A DNA stretch of 63,970 bases, filler included, from Licmophora abbreviata (lineage: Eukaryota): NCBI GenBank assembly GCA_900291995.1. It is 8 parts of 8 records of this genome, joined end to end, with 100 filler letters (N's around TTAATTAATTAA, not from the genome) between each part and the next. Parts side by side here need not be neighbours in the genome. Positions count along the whole stretch, not along the records: positions 18,772 to 43,918 come from OLMU01004247.1; 7 more parts are not named here. One strand, 5' to 3'. Each line of letters begins with the position of its first letter. Position 1 is the stretch's first letter. This document shows positions 23,298 to 35,827 of the stretch, in pieces. The notes under the pieces were generated by a model. The model was not told where the DNA came from and did not search any database. It saw only the letters and a list, made by a program, of their open reading frames with translations. The position numbers and the translations under genes were made by a program.

Positions 23298-26200
23298 GTG
23301 ATGCGCTTTTTATCATTCTGCAGTTCTCTGGTGATCATATGGACGGGTCTCGATCCTCTCGCTGTGACGGCATCCATCATTCCACGGGGCCATGATGCCC
23401 CCCCGTGGCTACATCGTGCTTTCCGCTCTCCTGTAGACGCCGACGAGCATTCTGCTGCCACCACAGGAGCGAAAACGAAAAGTCCATTCATGAAACTGTT
23501 GTGGGAGCCATCCGAGTCGCCTTCTCGGCGGAGGTTTCAGTGGAGGATGTCTGAGAATCAGCAGCATAAGAGTGCCGAGGCTAACAGTACCGAGGGCGCA
23601 AACGAGGTTAAACAGAGTCCCTCCATAAAGTCAGTTTCGTCATTGGAGGCTATCAGCAAGTCCATGAAAAGTGCTGGTGCTGTCCTTAAGCGACCGAAGG
23701 GTAATGCTACTCCTGAAAAGCCCAAGAGCGACGGTGCGTCACGGATCTGGCCATCCTCGGCAGCGCTGTGGTTCTCCAAGACCAAGGGTGACGAGGAGGA
23801 ATTGATGTCGAAACAGGATAGTACGACCGGCATCCGGATACTGCAGCTGGAAGACTCACAAACAGAAACGGCAGCACCGAAGAGAGAAAAGAATTCTACG
23901 GCGACGTCCCCGCGATTGGATGGTGGTGTACATGGAGCAGTCCCGAGTCCCTTTGAAAGTCTCGGTCGATGGCAGCAGACCTGGTCTCCAAATCATGAGA
24001 GTGGGACGTCCACTGACAAAGAGGGATTGGGGCATTCTATCAAAGGGAAGAACATGTCTAATGAACAGCAGTCGGACGATGGGGGAGTTCAGATACTTCG
24101 TCTTCTAAGATCCAAGCACGGCGGCGATGACTCAGGACTGTCAGTTCCTGTGACAGACACAGGTCGCAAGCGACAAAGTGATCAAAAAGAAGCGAACAAA
24201 ACCGCAGCATCGGAGGAACAGACACAAGAACGTCGTGCGTTTGGGCTTTCGAGATTGAAAGGAGAGGTGTCAAGTGAGAAGAAAGACGGAGAGAGCAGAA
24301 AAGGCAACGGGTCTGACAAGAGTGATCCTTCGAGGCGACCGAGCTGGCTTCCAGGGAAGCCCATCGAATCAAAAGAACCACCGAAGGAGGAACAGAGTGA
24401 CAGAACACAGAAGAAGCGGAAGCGTCAGCCATTGCAGTCAGGAGAGAAGTCTGGTAGCGAGCTTGAGAAAAAGAGAGGGCCTGGCTTCTCATTGGATATA
24501 TTCCGCCATACAGTGAAAAAGAATGAAAGTTCTAGTAATTCCACGGATGAGAGATCCGAAAGAAACTCTTCCACTGCCAGAGGATCGAAGAGGGAAAATC
24601 CCGAGAGCGCCAACAAAAAAGACGATGCACCAGAGACTGGATCCGAAACAGAAGAGAAGCGACGACCGAACTTTTCTTTCGGAATGCCTCGGGGAAACGA
24701 GGAAAAGAACACAACAACGGATGCATCAGAGAAGAGTCCTTCAGGTACCGATACGTCTACCGATACCAAGCCATGGTGGCAAACATCGAAATCGAAATCA
24801 GAAGAGGAGATGGGGAGCGAAACGCTGACTCTGCATCAGAAAGAGGATGACGGGCCGGGAAGCGACACGGTTACAAAATCGTATATTCTAGATTTGGACT
24901 CAGAGGAGATCACCGATGACAGTGGCCAACAGGAGCTCGAACCAGAACCCCTCGCAGTGGAAAAACTAGAAACGCCCGAGAAAGACGCAGTGAAGAACCA
25001 AAAGGCCGTAAACGCTGAGAAACCAATGAGCGGAAGATTGACACCCCCGACCGAACCGGAACGAACCGACAATATGATCCGAAACGGGACTCTTTCTGAA
25101 GCGTCGACGCCGGTAGCGCCTGCTGTGGTGAACAATGCAACCGTGCCGGCCATCTCTCCCTCTACTGGAAGTCCTCCTGTAGGATACTTAGTCCCATCAC
25201 AACCCCACGCTCCATCGATGATTGTAGTGGGAGGGCCACCTGAAGGGCATCCGCGTGGTTCTATGCCACCAGGCGCACGGCGACACGCACATCCGACGGC
25301 GACCGGCACTATCTTGATTGAGGCTCTAGCATCAATCGTCACAGCCGGCCTAAGAATCTGGTTCTTGACGACTCTTACCAAATGGTGGTCGGAGGAGGAG
25401 AGTATGAAACCTATTCAACATTTTGTGTGGGAACAGCTCAACGACCGTTATGTCAAGGACGAAGCAGCGCTGCAGACCGTTCTACAATCCCCACCCCGGG
25501 GTGTATCGGAGCGTCGATGGAAGTCTCATTTGAACAAAGAAAGGCGAAGAGAGAGAAAGCTCGCATCGGCTCAACGCACAATCGAACGAAAACACGGACA
25601 TCTGCTGGCTGAACCAATTGCGCCATTCGAAAGAAGTGTGGTTGTGGTAGAACTCGGTGGCGAATCCTTGAACATACCGCATTTGGAGCAAGTGGTTACG
25701 TTCATTCTCACGCAGCATCGTCAAAAGGCATTTGGTTCCCATAATACGACCGCAAAGGAGCTCGAAGTCGTCTTGTTAGTCGAATCACCCGGGGGCGTCG
25801 TACAAGACTTTGGACTGGCTGCTGCACAGGTAGAGCGGCTGTCCAACGAAGTAGGCATTGCGACAACCGTCTGCGTGGACAAAGTCGCTGCATCCGGTAC
25901 GTTTGCAGATGAAGGGCTTGGCGCCCGTCTGGAGCTCCTCCATCTCACCATCTTCCCTTGTTCACTCTAAACACCTAGGAGGATACATGATTGCGAGCCA
26001 AGCAGAGCAGCTGATTGCAGCGCCCTTCGCTATTGTTGGAAGCATTGGTGTGATTCGAGAGAGCATGAACCTGCACGACGCCCTTCAGAAGTATGCCATC
26101 AAGCCTCTTGTGCTAAAAGCAGGGAAATCAAAAGCTCCGCTAACAAATATTGGCCCTGTCACGAAGCAAGACCTTAAAACGGCCCAACGAACTCTCAATA

Positions 26201-26619
26201 CGATGCACAAGGCATTTCAGAACTTGGTTGTTCGAGGACGCCCCATGCTTATTGACAGTGTCGATGAGGTGTGCAATGGAGACATCTACCTCGGACAAGA
26301 TGCGCAAGAGCTGCGATTAGTCGATCGCATTCTCACGTCTGAAGAGTATCTTTTGGAACGAATCCAAGCTGGAGACCGTGTTCTAAAGCTTCACCGATCA
26401 CACCAGCACCACTTCGCCAAACATCGACGTCTCCTTTCTCCGCTCGATTTCATTATGGACAAGGGTCGGGTGGTCCGAGCCGCCTTAACGAAATTTTGTT
26501 CATCCGGCGCCCCTGACGAGTTCCATGCAGAGTCCACGGTAGCACACCTGGTGACTGCGTCGAGTATCGTGGGCTTTCTGAACTACCTGGCTCGGAGTCG
26601 AGGCTCCCCAAGGTCCTAA
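23298..26619 (+). CDS. Peptidase S49 (SohB-like) with a very long low-complexity N-terminus, intron 25897-25978
   Basis: EVVLLVESPGG, VCVDKVAAS|GGYMIAS, APFAIVGSIGV and KAGKSK. N-terminal signal-like segment. Confidence 0.85.
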
Positions 26620-26828
26620 TCAAAGAGCACATGGCGCTTTTTTGACCATGCTAGATTCTCTATAGAACGTCGCCAGTTAGTATCATAAGTCTGTTGCGCT
26701 GCGGCAGCGCGCCGCTTGGCGTCTAAGTTTATACGTAGACGTGACGTCAATTGTCATTTCTTCCAGATCCTCTCGTGTCAATCCCACAGACCACATCCAG
26801 CATCACAGTTCATGGCGGTGACGCGACC

Positions 26829-27962
26829 ATGATAGTCTCTCCGTCCTCTTCTATCCTCCTTGTTGCTACTGGGGCTGCTGTTGGGTCACTGCTGACGCTT
26901 TTTATAGTGAGGCGACGAAATGTTTCCTCTTCACAGGCTCTGGCCCATGCAGAGGACCGACGACGGCTGCTCCCGCGATGTATCATTCTCTTGCGACACG
27001 GACAGTCCGAAGCCAATGCGGACAAAACCGTTTGGAGGTTACTGCCTGATAATCTGCTCGGGCTGACTGACAAGGGTAGAAAACAGGCGGCGGCAGTCGG
27101 AGAGCGCGTTGAGACTGTTTTGCAGCAAGATGGATGCCGAACGGTGCACCTGGTCGTTTCACCGTTTGAACGGACTTTGCAGACTGCCTCTTCGATGCGT
27201 ACTGCGTTTGAGCATCGAATTGTGAGAACCGACATTGAATCCCGCATACGAGAACAGGAGGTTGGGAACTTGCAAGGAGAAGAGTTTCAGCGGTTTCGAC
27301 AAGAACAAAAGAAAGTAGGGAGATTCTGGTATCGATTCCCGACCGGCGAATCGGGAGCCGATGTCCTTGACAGAGTCAAGTCATGGTGGTACGAGTCTGT
27401 ATTGAATGTCAATATACGTGTGGGATACCAACCGATCGATGCCTTGGTCGTCGTCACCCATGGACTGACCATGAGGTTCATACTTATGCAACTTTTTGGC
27501 TGGTCGCCCACGACGTTTCATTCCGTGTGGAACGCTGGCAACTGTGACATGTACTTGTTGCGTAAGGATCTTACCAAGGCAGGAGCATCGCCGTATGTAC
27601 TGGATGGCTACAATGGCGACGTACCACGATCATCGATTGACGTCATGGTGAAATGGAAACGTACAGGCGAGAAGCGTACGCTCAAACTCGAAAACTACCT
27701 TAGTGTTCCACCACCCCGAACCACAAGACTGGAGCTGGTAAAAGGCATGCTGGCAGAGCAATATCCGTTAGACGTGGAGGCCGATGGCATTGAAAGCGTC
27801 GTCTTTATGCCGTTCATTGAAGGAGGGATCATCAAGGGAAGGAGCACGTCGGGAGTGGCATCCTCGAAGGGTACAACTTCGGAAGCAGATCTTCGATTGT
27901 GTCCATGCACAGGAAATCGAAAGCGCCACACCGAACAAGAGAAGTCACGTCGATTCCCATAA
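26829..27962 (+). CDS. Histidine phosphatase / phosphoglycerate mutase-like protein with N-terminal TM anchor
   Basis: LLRHGQSEAN, VSPFERTLQT, IREQEVGN, FWYRFPTGESGADV and VVTHG. Confidence 0.88.
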   Translation: MIVSPSSSILLVATGAAVGSLLTLFIVRRRNVSSSQALAHAEDRRRLLPRCIILLRHGQSEANADKTVWRLLPDNLLGLTDKGRKQAAAVGERVETVLQQDGCRTVHLVVSPFERTLQTASSMRTAFEHRIVRTDIESRIREQEVGNLQGEEFQRFRQEQKKVGRFWYRFPTGESGADVLDRVKSWWYESVLNVNIRVGYQPIDALVVVTHGLTMRFILMQLFGWSPTTFHSVWNAGNCDMYLLRKDLTKAGASPYVLDGYNGDVPRSSIDVMVKWKRTGEKRTLKLENYLSVPPPRTTRLELVKGMLAEQYPLDVEADGIESVVFMPFIEGGIIKGRSTSGVASSKGTTSEADLRLCPCTGNRKRHTEQEKSRRFP

Positions 27963-28419
27963 ATTGCATTGTGATCCAATTACTTGGCGGAATGAGCTTA
28001 GTGACACCTGATATCAGTGGGCATTTATTAGAGGAGTCAGTCGATTGTATTCGGCCATTTGTTCAATGATGACTTCCAAATGGTTCAGGTATCATAGACA
28101 GCATGATATTGTTTGGATCGCCGTCAACGATCGTCAGAGGAGTGGGCCATCGGTCAGTGGTCTGGGTAAACATTGCCAGGTATGGGCATTGCCTAGATCA
28201 TGCGCCACCCAGTTAGTTCAATTCGCCTTGACGTGTGCAGTGTGGTGCAGGATCGAAACAGATTCTAAAATGTCAATGACGTCACGACTGACAACTTCCG
28301 CGGTTGTGTCGACTTGAGATGAGTTTGGCGCATCAACATGTCGATGCAAGAACGAATGTGTTGACGACCCCCTTGCTGTGGGACTGTGCTCTCTCGCAAA
28401 AATACAAGCACACCACACC

Positions 28420-29089
28420 ATGCCCCAGAAAGATACAAGAGATGAAGGCTCGCTAGGATGGCTCGCTGGATCTGCAGTCGTCGCAGGAATCGCGTACGCA
28501 ACCCACGGAACTCTTGGTGTGACTTGGCGCGGCGAACCACCACACGATGCCAAGACATATCGAACCTTGTCCGAGTTCTGTTAGTAATCAAATGTCGCTG
28601 CAGAAGTGTTGTCTGGTGGTTTGTTTGCTGGAGAAACTGACCGAGCCGATCCTCTGCCTCTTCCCCCGTGCTGCAGATCCATTCTACCTCCAGGAGCACC
28701 GAGATCCAGTATCGCGCGGTCTCCATGTGTTTGGAAGCTCTATGGTCCTTTGGATGGTACTTTCAGGAAAGTATCGTTCCCAGCTTCCAAATTTCATCTT
28801 CTCTTTTGCCGCTGGCAGTATTCTGTGCGAATACCTGTCGCCCTTGCCACATGGACTGATAGAGTTTGTTGTCATGTTGGGTTCGGCATGTGTCCTTTCG
28901 ATCCTCCGAAAGCAGCCACTTCCGTGGAAGCTTGCCGTGACAGGATATTTCTTTGCATGGGTGGGGCACTTTTTCTTTGAACACAATCGACCGGCGACAT
29001 TCATCTATCCTTCCTACTCGTTACTCTGTGACTTCAGGATGTGGTATCAAGCTCTCTCTGGGCAGTTGCCACTGTCGGAGCGGCTGTGA
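28420..29089 (+). CDS. DUF962 / Mpo1-like membrane protein, intron 28580-28676
   Basis: Splicing gives TLSEF|YPFYLQEHRDPVSRGLH. Also GYFFAWVGHFFFEHNRPATFIYP. Confidence 0.85.
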
Positions 29090-29273
29090 TGTGAACTGGC
29101 TAGACTTGATATATTATCTACTACTGGTAGATGCAAGAAATATGCTCGGACTTGAAATCACAGGTGGATACTGATTTCTTCCCGAATAATCAGAGAGACA
29201 TAGTCCCGCACCACCGCCTAGAACTACTGGCATCACCAATTCTGTGACAAACAGATTAAAGGTTAATGGTCCT

Positions 29274-29894
29274 CTACGCCAGCGTTCCCTTCTCCAACAA
29301 CTTATCTACTTTGGCGGCTGCCAGCTTTCGTGAGACACCAGCTTCCTCTGCTGCCGCCATGACTTCGGTTTCTGCCTCTTCCGAACTCAGTCCAGTCTCC
29401 TTGACCAAGATGCATCCAATCGCAACTCCCGTTCGTCCTTCTCCTCCAGAGCAGTGCACGGCAATCTTTTCGCCCTTTTCGACCGCTTCTTCATAGGCCG
29501 CAATCAGTTTCTCACCTGCGCCCTCTCCAAAGACATTCACAAGCGCCGGTGTAATGCCTCGCGCCTTGAGCAACTCCGCATAGCCCGGATCCTGATAGCA
29601 GGCCAGTTCGTCTGGTGTCAGCAGACACAGCGTGCGCTGAACCTGATTTTCCTCCAAGAAGGTCGCCCAATCATTGACGACTTCATTTGGAACACTCTTG
29701 GCATCATTGAATTTCCCACCCGGCTTCATGGGGACACCCGGGGCCTCCACCCCAAACAACAAGGGCGTCTTGGAAGATGCGGCGCCGAAATTGTACTTCA
29801 TGCTCATTGAGAACGCAGTTGTGGTACGAAAGAATTGACGCGAGGTGCTGAACAGAGCAAGCGACGTCGTGAGGACACAGCGAGACGACAGCAT
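29274..29894 (-). CDS. Dual-specificity / tyrosine phosphatase-like protein
   Basis: CX5R loop VHCSGGEGRTG. N-terminus looks like a targeting peptide. Confidence 0.8.
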   Translation of the reverse strand: MLSSRCVLTTSLALFSTSRQFFRTTTAFSMSMKYNFGAASSKTPLLFGVEAPGVPMKPGGKFNDAKSVPNEVVNDWATFLEENQVQRTLCLLTPDELACYQDPGYAELLKARGITPALVNVFGEGAGEKLIAAYEEAVEKGEKIAVHCSGGEGRTGVAIGCILVKETGLSSEEAETEVMAAAEEAGVSRKLAAAKVDKLLEKGTLA

Positions 29895-30303
29895 GATGAA
29901 GGACCAGAAAGTCACTCGAGCCGCTGCGAATTGAGAGCGAGTGGTCGGCACTCATCGCGGCGTCAGAGGCTCACACACCTCACACAAAAAACACCACATA
30001 CTTCTTCATTGTCAAGATTCGTTCCATGAATCTTGGGAGCGCCGGACAGACCGCCATCATTCAGACACCCAAGCCATATGCACTCATGTTCTTCGCGGGA
30101 AAGAGAACAAGAAGCAGCAGCCTTTCGAACATGCAGCCACATCAAAGACATCATCGCAACTGCAACGGCATCACATCCTTCGATTTGATCCATCACTGTT
30201 GCATTGGGAACTGATCATCAGCAAGCACACTGCTTGCTTTTTTGGAAACATTCGGTGAGACACATTCGCCCCCTTGATATATTTCTAAAGTGTCGACATC
30301 AGG

Positions 30304-32130
30304 ATGTTCCGTGTCGAGAGCCAACGCTCGCTTCTCGTCTTGACAGCAGCCTTTGTGCTGTTCCTGTCCGTGAGTCATGCCGCAGGCTCGTGCACCGACA
30401 ACGCTTTGTTTTTCTGTCCCAACTGTGGCGGAATCGAGTTGAAGGACTGTTTTGACTGCGATGGATACCTCAGTACCGACACCAAGCACGACATCTGCTT
30501 CGATCGAAAGCTCTTTCAGCCAAAGAACACCGACCCAACGGACCCGGACAATTACTACGACTACCTCTGGAATGACATTGTAGGCGCCATCGTCTGGTTT
30601 TTGACGGCCGGTGTCGCCATGGCGTGCGGCGTTGGAGGCGGTGGAATCTATGTGCCACTGGGTATACTGCTCTTTCAGTTTGCGCCCAAGCAAGCGTCGG
30701 GCTTGTCGCAGGCAAGTATCTTTGGTGCCAGTCTCGGAGGAATTTTGTTGAACGGCAAGGCGCGTCATCCTTACAAGAAAATTCGACAAGATCCAGGGGA
30801 ACTAGAAGAAGATGGACGGCGTACAGTTCAAGTGGATCTTAACAAGCAGCAAGAAGAATCGTATCTGGAGAACGGTGGCACATACTACCGCCGTCCTTTG
30901 ATTCACTATGACATGGCCTTGTTCTTGGCGCCCATGGAAATGGCAGGTGCCGTTTTGGGTGTCCTGATTCAAAAGATTCTTCCCAATTGGCTGTACCTTA
31001 TGATTGCTGGCCTGGTATTGAGCTTTACGTCATACAAGACTTACAAGAAATTCTTTGCGGCCCACAAGAAGGAAAAGGAAGCCAAGCAAAGGCTTGCTGA
31101 AGAACAGCAAGAAGAAGAACACGCAGAGGAATCGGGCAACGCGGAAGAGACTTTTACTGACACTCCTTCAGGTGGCACGCAAGGTGAATCTGAGGAAGAA
31201 GCCACGAAGTCTGAAGAGACTGTCGAAAACGGAACGTCCGCCGAAGAAACGCCTGTCGAAGAGGCCGCCCCCATCGAGGTCACGCTAGGGCAAGTGGAGA
31301 ACGGAGGAAAGGATGGCGTTGAGAGGTCTATCGACACGACCAAGCAAGCGACTGAGCTTCGAAAGCAGTTCCTCGAAGAAGATATGCGCCAGTTCCCCAA
31401 GGAAAAGATTTTGGCACTGATTGTGCTCTGGATCGGCCTCTTTGTACTGACACTCATGAAGGGCGGCAAGGGTGTCGAGTCGCTCGTGGGTATAACGTGC
31501 GAGTCGCCTGTGTACGGCGTGCTGATTGCTTGTCAATTTATCTGGATGTTCGGCTTCGCATCTTTCTTTGGGTACAAGCTCATGAAAAAACAACGCGAAC
31601 GTGTGGCTGTCCAATACCCGTACTTGCAAGACGATCCTGTGTGGGATGGCAAGTCGCTGCGCTTCTACAGTGGCTTTACATTCATTGCGGGCGTCGTGGC
31701 AGGCTTGATTGGCATTGGAGGAGGCATGGTCCTTGGCCCTCTCATGCTTGTTATGGGTATTCATCCAAGAGTGTCAAGTGCCACGACGGCTACTATGATT
31801 GTCTTGACAAGCAGCAGTGTGGCCGTCATCTTTGTCACATCGGGTCTCGTCCCTTGGAGCTATGCCGTCTTTTACTTTTTCGTGTGTCTCATGGGAGCCT
31901 TGGTGGGAAAGAGTATTATCGATGGATACGTAAAACGAACGGGTCGAGCGAGTATTCTCATCTTGATTCTGGCCACCATCATTGCGCTGGCGACTGTCGG
32001 ATGCTTTGTTATCCTATTTACCCGCCTCGCGGACAAGGGATGGTGCCTTGACGGCTTTAACGAATTTTGCAGCGCCAAGGACGACGAGGCGTGCGCCGCC
32101 AACAGGGTGCTTGCATTGTTTACGAGCTAG
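30304..32130 (+). CDS. TauE/SafE (sulfite exporter family) membrane protein
   Basis: GVGGGGIYVP and GLIGIGGGMVLGP repeats, SSATTATMI and multiple TM helices. Confidence 0.88.
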   Translation: MFRVESQRSLLVLTAAFVLFLSVSHAAGSCTDNALFFCPNCGGIELKDCFDCDGYLSTDTKHDICFDRKLFQPKNTDPTDPDNYYDYLWNDIVGAIVWFLTAGVAMACGVGGGGIYVPLGILLFQFAPKQASGLSQASIFGASLGGILLNGKARHPYKKIRQDPGELEEDGRRTVQVDLNKQQEESYLENGGTYYRRPLIHYDMALFLAPMEMAGAVLGVLIQKILPNWLYLMIAGLVLSFTSYKTYKKFFAAHKKEKEAKQRLAEEQQEEEHAEESGNAEETFTDTPSGGTQGESEEEATKSEETVENGTSAEETPVEEAAPIEVTLGQVENGGKDGVERSIDTTKQATELRKQFLEEDMRQFPKEKILALIVLWIGLFVLTLMKGGKGVESLVGITCESPVYGVLIACQFIWMFGFASFFGYKLMKKQRERVAVQYPYLQDDPVWDGKSLRFYSGFTFIAGVVAGLIGIGGGMVLGPLMLVMGIHPRVSSATTATMIVLTSSSVAVIFVTSGLVPWSYAVFYFFVCLMGALVGKSIIDGYVKRTGRASILILILATIIALATVGCFVILFTRLADKGWCLDGFNEFCSAKDDEACAANRVLALFTS

Positions 32131-32363
32131 ATAAGTCGGCTATCTACGTCGTCTTGATCTACTTCCACATTGCTGACTCCTGCTTTCCACGTGGCGACCT
32201 TCCTGGTGCCTTATTACCAGTCAAATGCTATCTTTGTGCGTGGCAACTGAAAGTACTATGCAAAGAAGCAAGTATACTAAGACGTAACACTAAGGCATAA
32301 ATCTAACACAGCACCAAGAGGCCGTCAGGGTCCAGGGGGATCGAGAGCCAGGGAGTCGAACGC

Positions 32364-33466
32364 TCACCGAGGTTTCACAATGGCAGACTTTCGCATGTCG
32401 ACAACGTCGGGCTCACGCATCGCCACCCACAAGCACACTTTGTTGAAGATATTGAGATACCAAGGGAGCTTTCGCGCCACGTCAAGCCAGAGCACAACGC
32501 GAATTTCGTCCGAATCATTGCGTGCATCGTGTAGATACGTATCATCAAACATGACACCTTCACCGTTATGCCAGTAGTATGTCTTAGCGGCATCAATCAT
32601 CGTCATGTCACCGGCAGCAACCTGTGCCTTGTTTTCTGGAGTGTGAGCAGGGACAGTATTGACACGCAGAAAGCTGGACATGTCCTCGTTGTCGTTTGGA
32701 ATGATGACGCCAAGGTGGTATCGAAGGTAGCCCCTCCAGTATCCCCAATGCGGAGGAATCTTCTGATGGGGCTCCATGATAGAAAAGAAAGCCGCTGAAG
32801 CAATGAAGGAGTCGAAGGTGAGAAAAAGAAAAGCATCTTGGTCATGGGATAGCACTGTTGAGTTAGGATACTCACTGTAAATGTTCGGAATGCGATGCAA
32901 CAATTCAGCCGTATGAGGGGCGAAACTACTATTCTCATCAATGAAGTCCCCCAATTTGAAGAAAAAGCTTTTCCATTTGGTATCATGGATACCTCCCTTC
33001 GTGTACTTTCCAAGTTTGTTGACTTCGACCAAGTCGTTTTGGTTAATCTGTAGAAGCTTCTCACACTCTTCGCGTATCACCTCGTAGTTGTCTTCCAATA
33101 TTTTGAGATCTGGATAATCCTTCTGATATTGCAAGTTGAATGCAGGAGCTGGCTCCAGGAGACCATGGGCTTCGGCAAAGTCCCAGGCGTCGTTCACCTT
33201 CTTTTTGATCCTCATCTTTGTGTCTTTGCCGAGCAACGAGAGACTCTTGCGAACACAACGAGCGACAGCGCAAAGAACAAGAGCTTTTGAAATGTACGGC
33301 TTCTGAGAAAGGTATTGGTGATATTGGACGGGTGCTCCTGCGTCTTGACATCGTCTCGTGTCACGGGCAGCAACGCTACATTCGACTCCGTCACGTCTTC
33401 GACAGAAGGCGGCGACGAAGAAGTGCTAGAGTTTGTTCTCTTTCGCATCCACACGCGGGTCCACAT
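32364..33466 (-). CDS. Aspartyl/asparaginyl beta-hydroxylase family dioxygenase; in-frame intron 32795-32875; probable 1-nt frameshift near 33245
   Basis: LEDNYEVIREE, FFSIMEP..KIPPH, LRYHLGV, W..GEGVMFDDTYLH and RVVLWLDV. The upstream TM anchor lies in the adjacent frame. Confidence 0.85.
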
Positions 33467-33835
33467 GCTTATTGAATACGTCGATGAGTTACAGTTCAAC
33501 GTCGAGTTGGAGTTACGTCAAGAACGAGAGAGGTGAGTGGCCTCAGTACTTCTCGGTGATGATGGATTGAAAGTAGCGTTCTCATGCGTGTCAGACTTCA
33601 ATTTGTGAGGCGCGCCACACTACGGGGCCATCTTGGTTTTCTAAAATATTCCGATCTTAATGTTTGTTTATTTTCAATAGGCCCTACGTTAAGATGCAGC
33701 TTTCATTACAGTGCAAAAAGACATTACTATTTATATGATAGTAAGCTTTGAATATTTATTTCACCGAAGCTGGAGCGACCGGGAAGGAGGAAGTACCTGG
33801 TACCGGTACGACCTTACAATCATTATTTGACTGCG

Positions 33836-34269
33836 TTAGATCCTTCCAATCCTACCTGCAGCTAACCTCTTTTTCGTCTCTTCGGCTATACGACGTTTTC
33901 CATTTCTTCAGCCTTGCGTTGTTTCTCAGCCTCGCGTTGCTGCTGCTGGGTTTGCTGCGAAGATAGCGCCTGAGTCTGACGACGAGATGCCGCCATGCTG
34001 CCGGTACTACTACCGTCCAAACTCATGTCCCCGGTGGCGGGTGCGCTGGCGAGACTCTCGTCGATGGCTGAAGCGGGTCTTGGACTGTCGATGACTGAGG
34101 ATGTAATGAAACCGACTGTAGCCGCCGATGTTCGCTCCAATAAGGAACGGCGTGAAAAGCAAGCCCGGCTTCGAGACGTCCCCATCATCATCATATGCTG
34201 CCAACCTTGTGTCCTGCTGGATAAGGCCAGTCCGAAATAGAAGAATCTTAAGTAGGTCGATCGACGCAT
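33836..34269 (-). CDS. Small hypothetical protein with signal peptide and RR/lumen-like presequence; probable 1-nt frameshift near 33897
   Basis: Signal ends QG/W, followed by SRRSLL...ASA. Adding one A gives the C-terminus EKRRIAEETKKRLAAGRIGRI*. Confidence 0.6.
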
Positions 34270-34713
34270 GAGGAGCGAGCATTCATGAAAGACAAACAAA
34301 GCACAGGTTCGGATTTTGTGAGACAGTATCAAGTTATGTTTGCTGTCGCGGTCTCGAGTTCGAAAATTAGGCCTTCGGGGGTTTTGGCGGGAAATCTTTC
34401 AAGATTCCTCCGAGTCCTATCGTGTGTACTTCACAAAGGAATCCTTCTGGAGCAGTTTGAAGTGACACAAACGTCATTCCATCGTACAAAATTTACGTAG
34501 AAATCTACTTGATTTCAAAGATTCGATTCTATCACCGAGAAACATCGCCGAGGAAGACGAGAGCGACGAAGATCGCGATCGAGATCGCCTTCTTTTTGGT
34601 TCGTGTGTTTGTGATCACAGTCACAACAGTGAGGTGCTCACTATTCCATCATCACTTATTGACCGGCGTCAAGACTCTCTCTCTCTGTCACACACACACG
34701 CATACACCAAATC

Positions 34714-35827
34714 ATGTCGACTACGAAACGCGCTGCGAGTTCTCAGCTCGATCAACTGAAGGAATACACGATTGTCGTGGCCGACACCGGTGACGTTGAT
34801 GCCATCAAACGTCTTCAGCCGCAAGATGCTACGACGAATCCTTCGCTCATCTACAAGGCTGCCAGCATGCCTCAGTATTCGAAGCTGATTGAGGACGCCA
34901 TCGAATATGGCAAGGGGGACGTTCAGACCGTCTTGGTACGTGCTTTCTAACACAGAAATTTGAAGTTTGCGCTGGTCGGTCGCATTTGCGTCGCGTCATG
35001 GTCGTCTAGAAGTATAGCTCACCAGTCCGAATCTTACTCGTTCATTCGCAACACTTGATTGTTCATTTTCCATCCAGGACAAGCTCGCGGTCAACTTCGG
35101 CACAGAAATCACGAAGATCGTTCCAGGATACGTTTCGACCGAGGTGGACGCACGCCTTTCGTTCGACACGGAAGCAACCGTTGAAAAGGCCCGAAAGCTG
35201 ATTGCCATGTACAAGGAAGTCGGCATCGACAAGAGCCGTATTCTCATCAAGGTGGCTGCCACGTGGGAAGGCATTCGTGCTGCAGAAGTTTTGGAGAAGG
35301 AAGGTATCACGTGCAATCTGACGCTGATTTTCAGTATTGCTCAGGCTATTGCGTGTGCCGAGGCGGGCTGTACGCTCATTTCCCCGTTTGTCGGACGCAT
35401 CATGGACTGGCACAAGAAAGCTGAGGGTGTCGATGGTTTCAAGGCAGAAGAAGACCCAGGAGTGCAGTCTGTGGCAAGCATTTACAGCTACTACAAAAAG
35501 TACGGCTTTGACACCATCGTCATGGGCGCATCGTTTCGCAACAAGGGTGAAATTGTCGAATTGGCGGGATGCGATCGTTTGACCATTTCTCCTGGTTTGC
35601 TGGATGAGTTGTCGGGATCCGAAGATAAGATTGAGAGGAAGCTCGACGCGAAGGCATCTGCAGCGATGGACATTGCCAAGATTGCTGTGGATGAGAAGTC
35701 GTTCCGTTGGATGATGAACGAGGACGCCATGGCAACAGAGAAACTTGCCGAGGGGATTCGCAACTTTACCAAGGATATCGTCAAGCTCGAAAGCATCATT
35801 AAGGAAAAAATGGCTGCCGAGAAGTAG
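34714..35827 (+). CDS. TAL: Transaldolase, intron 34936-35077
   Basis: [46 protein letters not shown] and ISPFVGRI. Confidence 0.96.

Noticed and set aside
28580..28676. Apparent stop and frameshift in the DUF962 gene
   Set aside because: Explained by a GT-AG intron with a CTGAC branch site.
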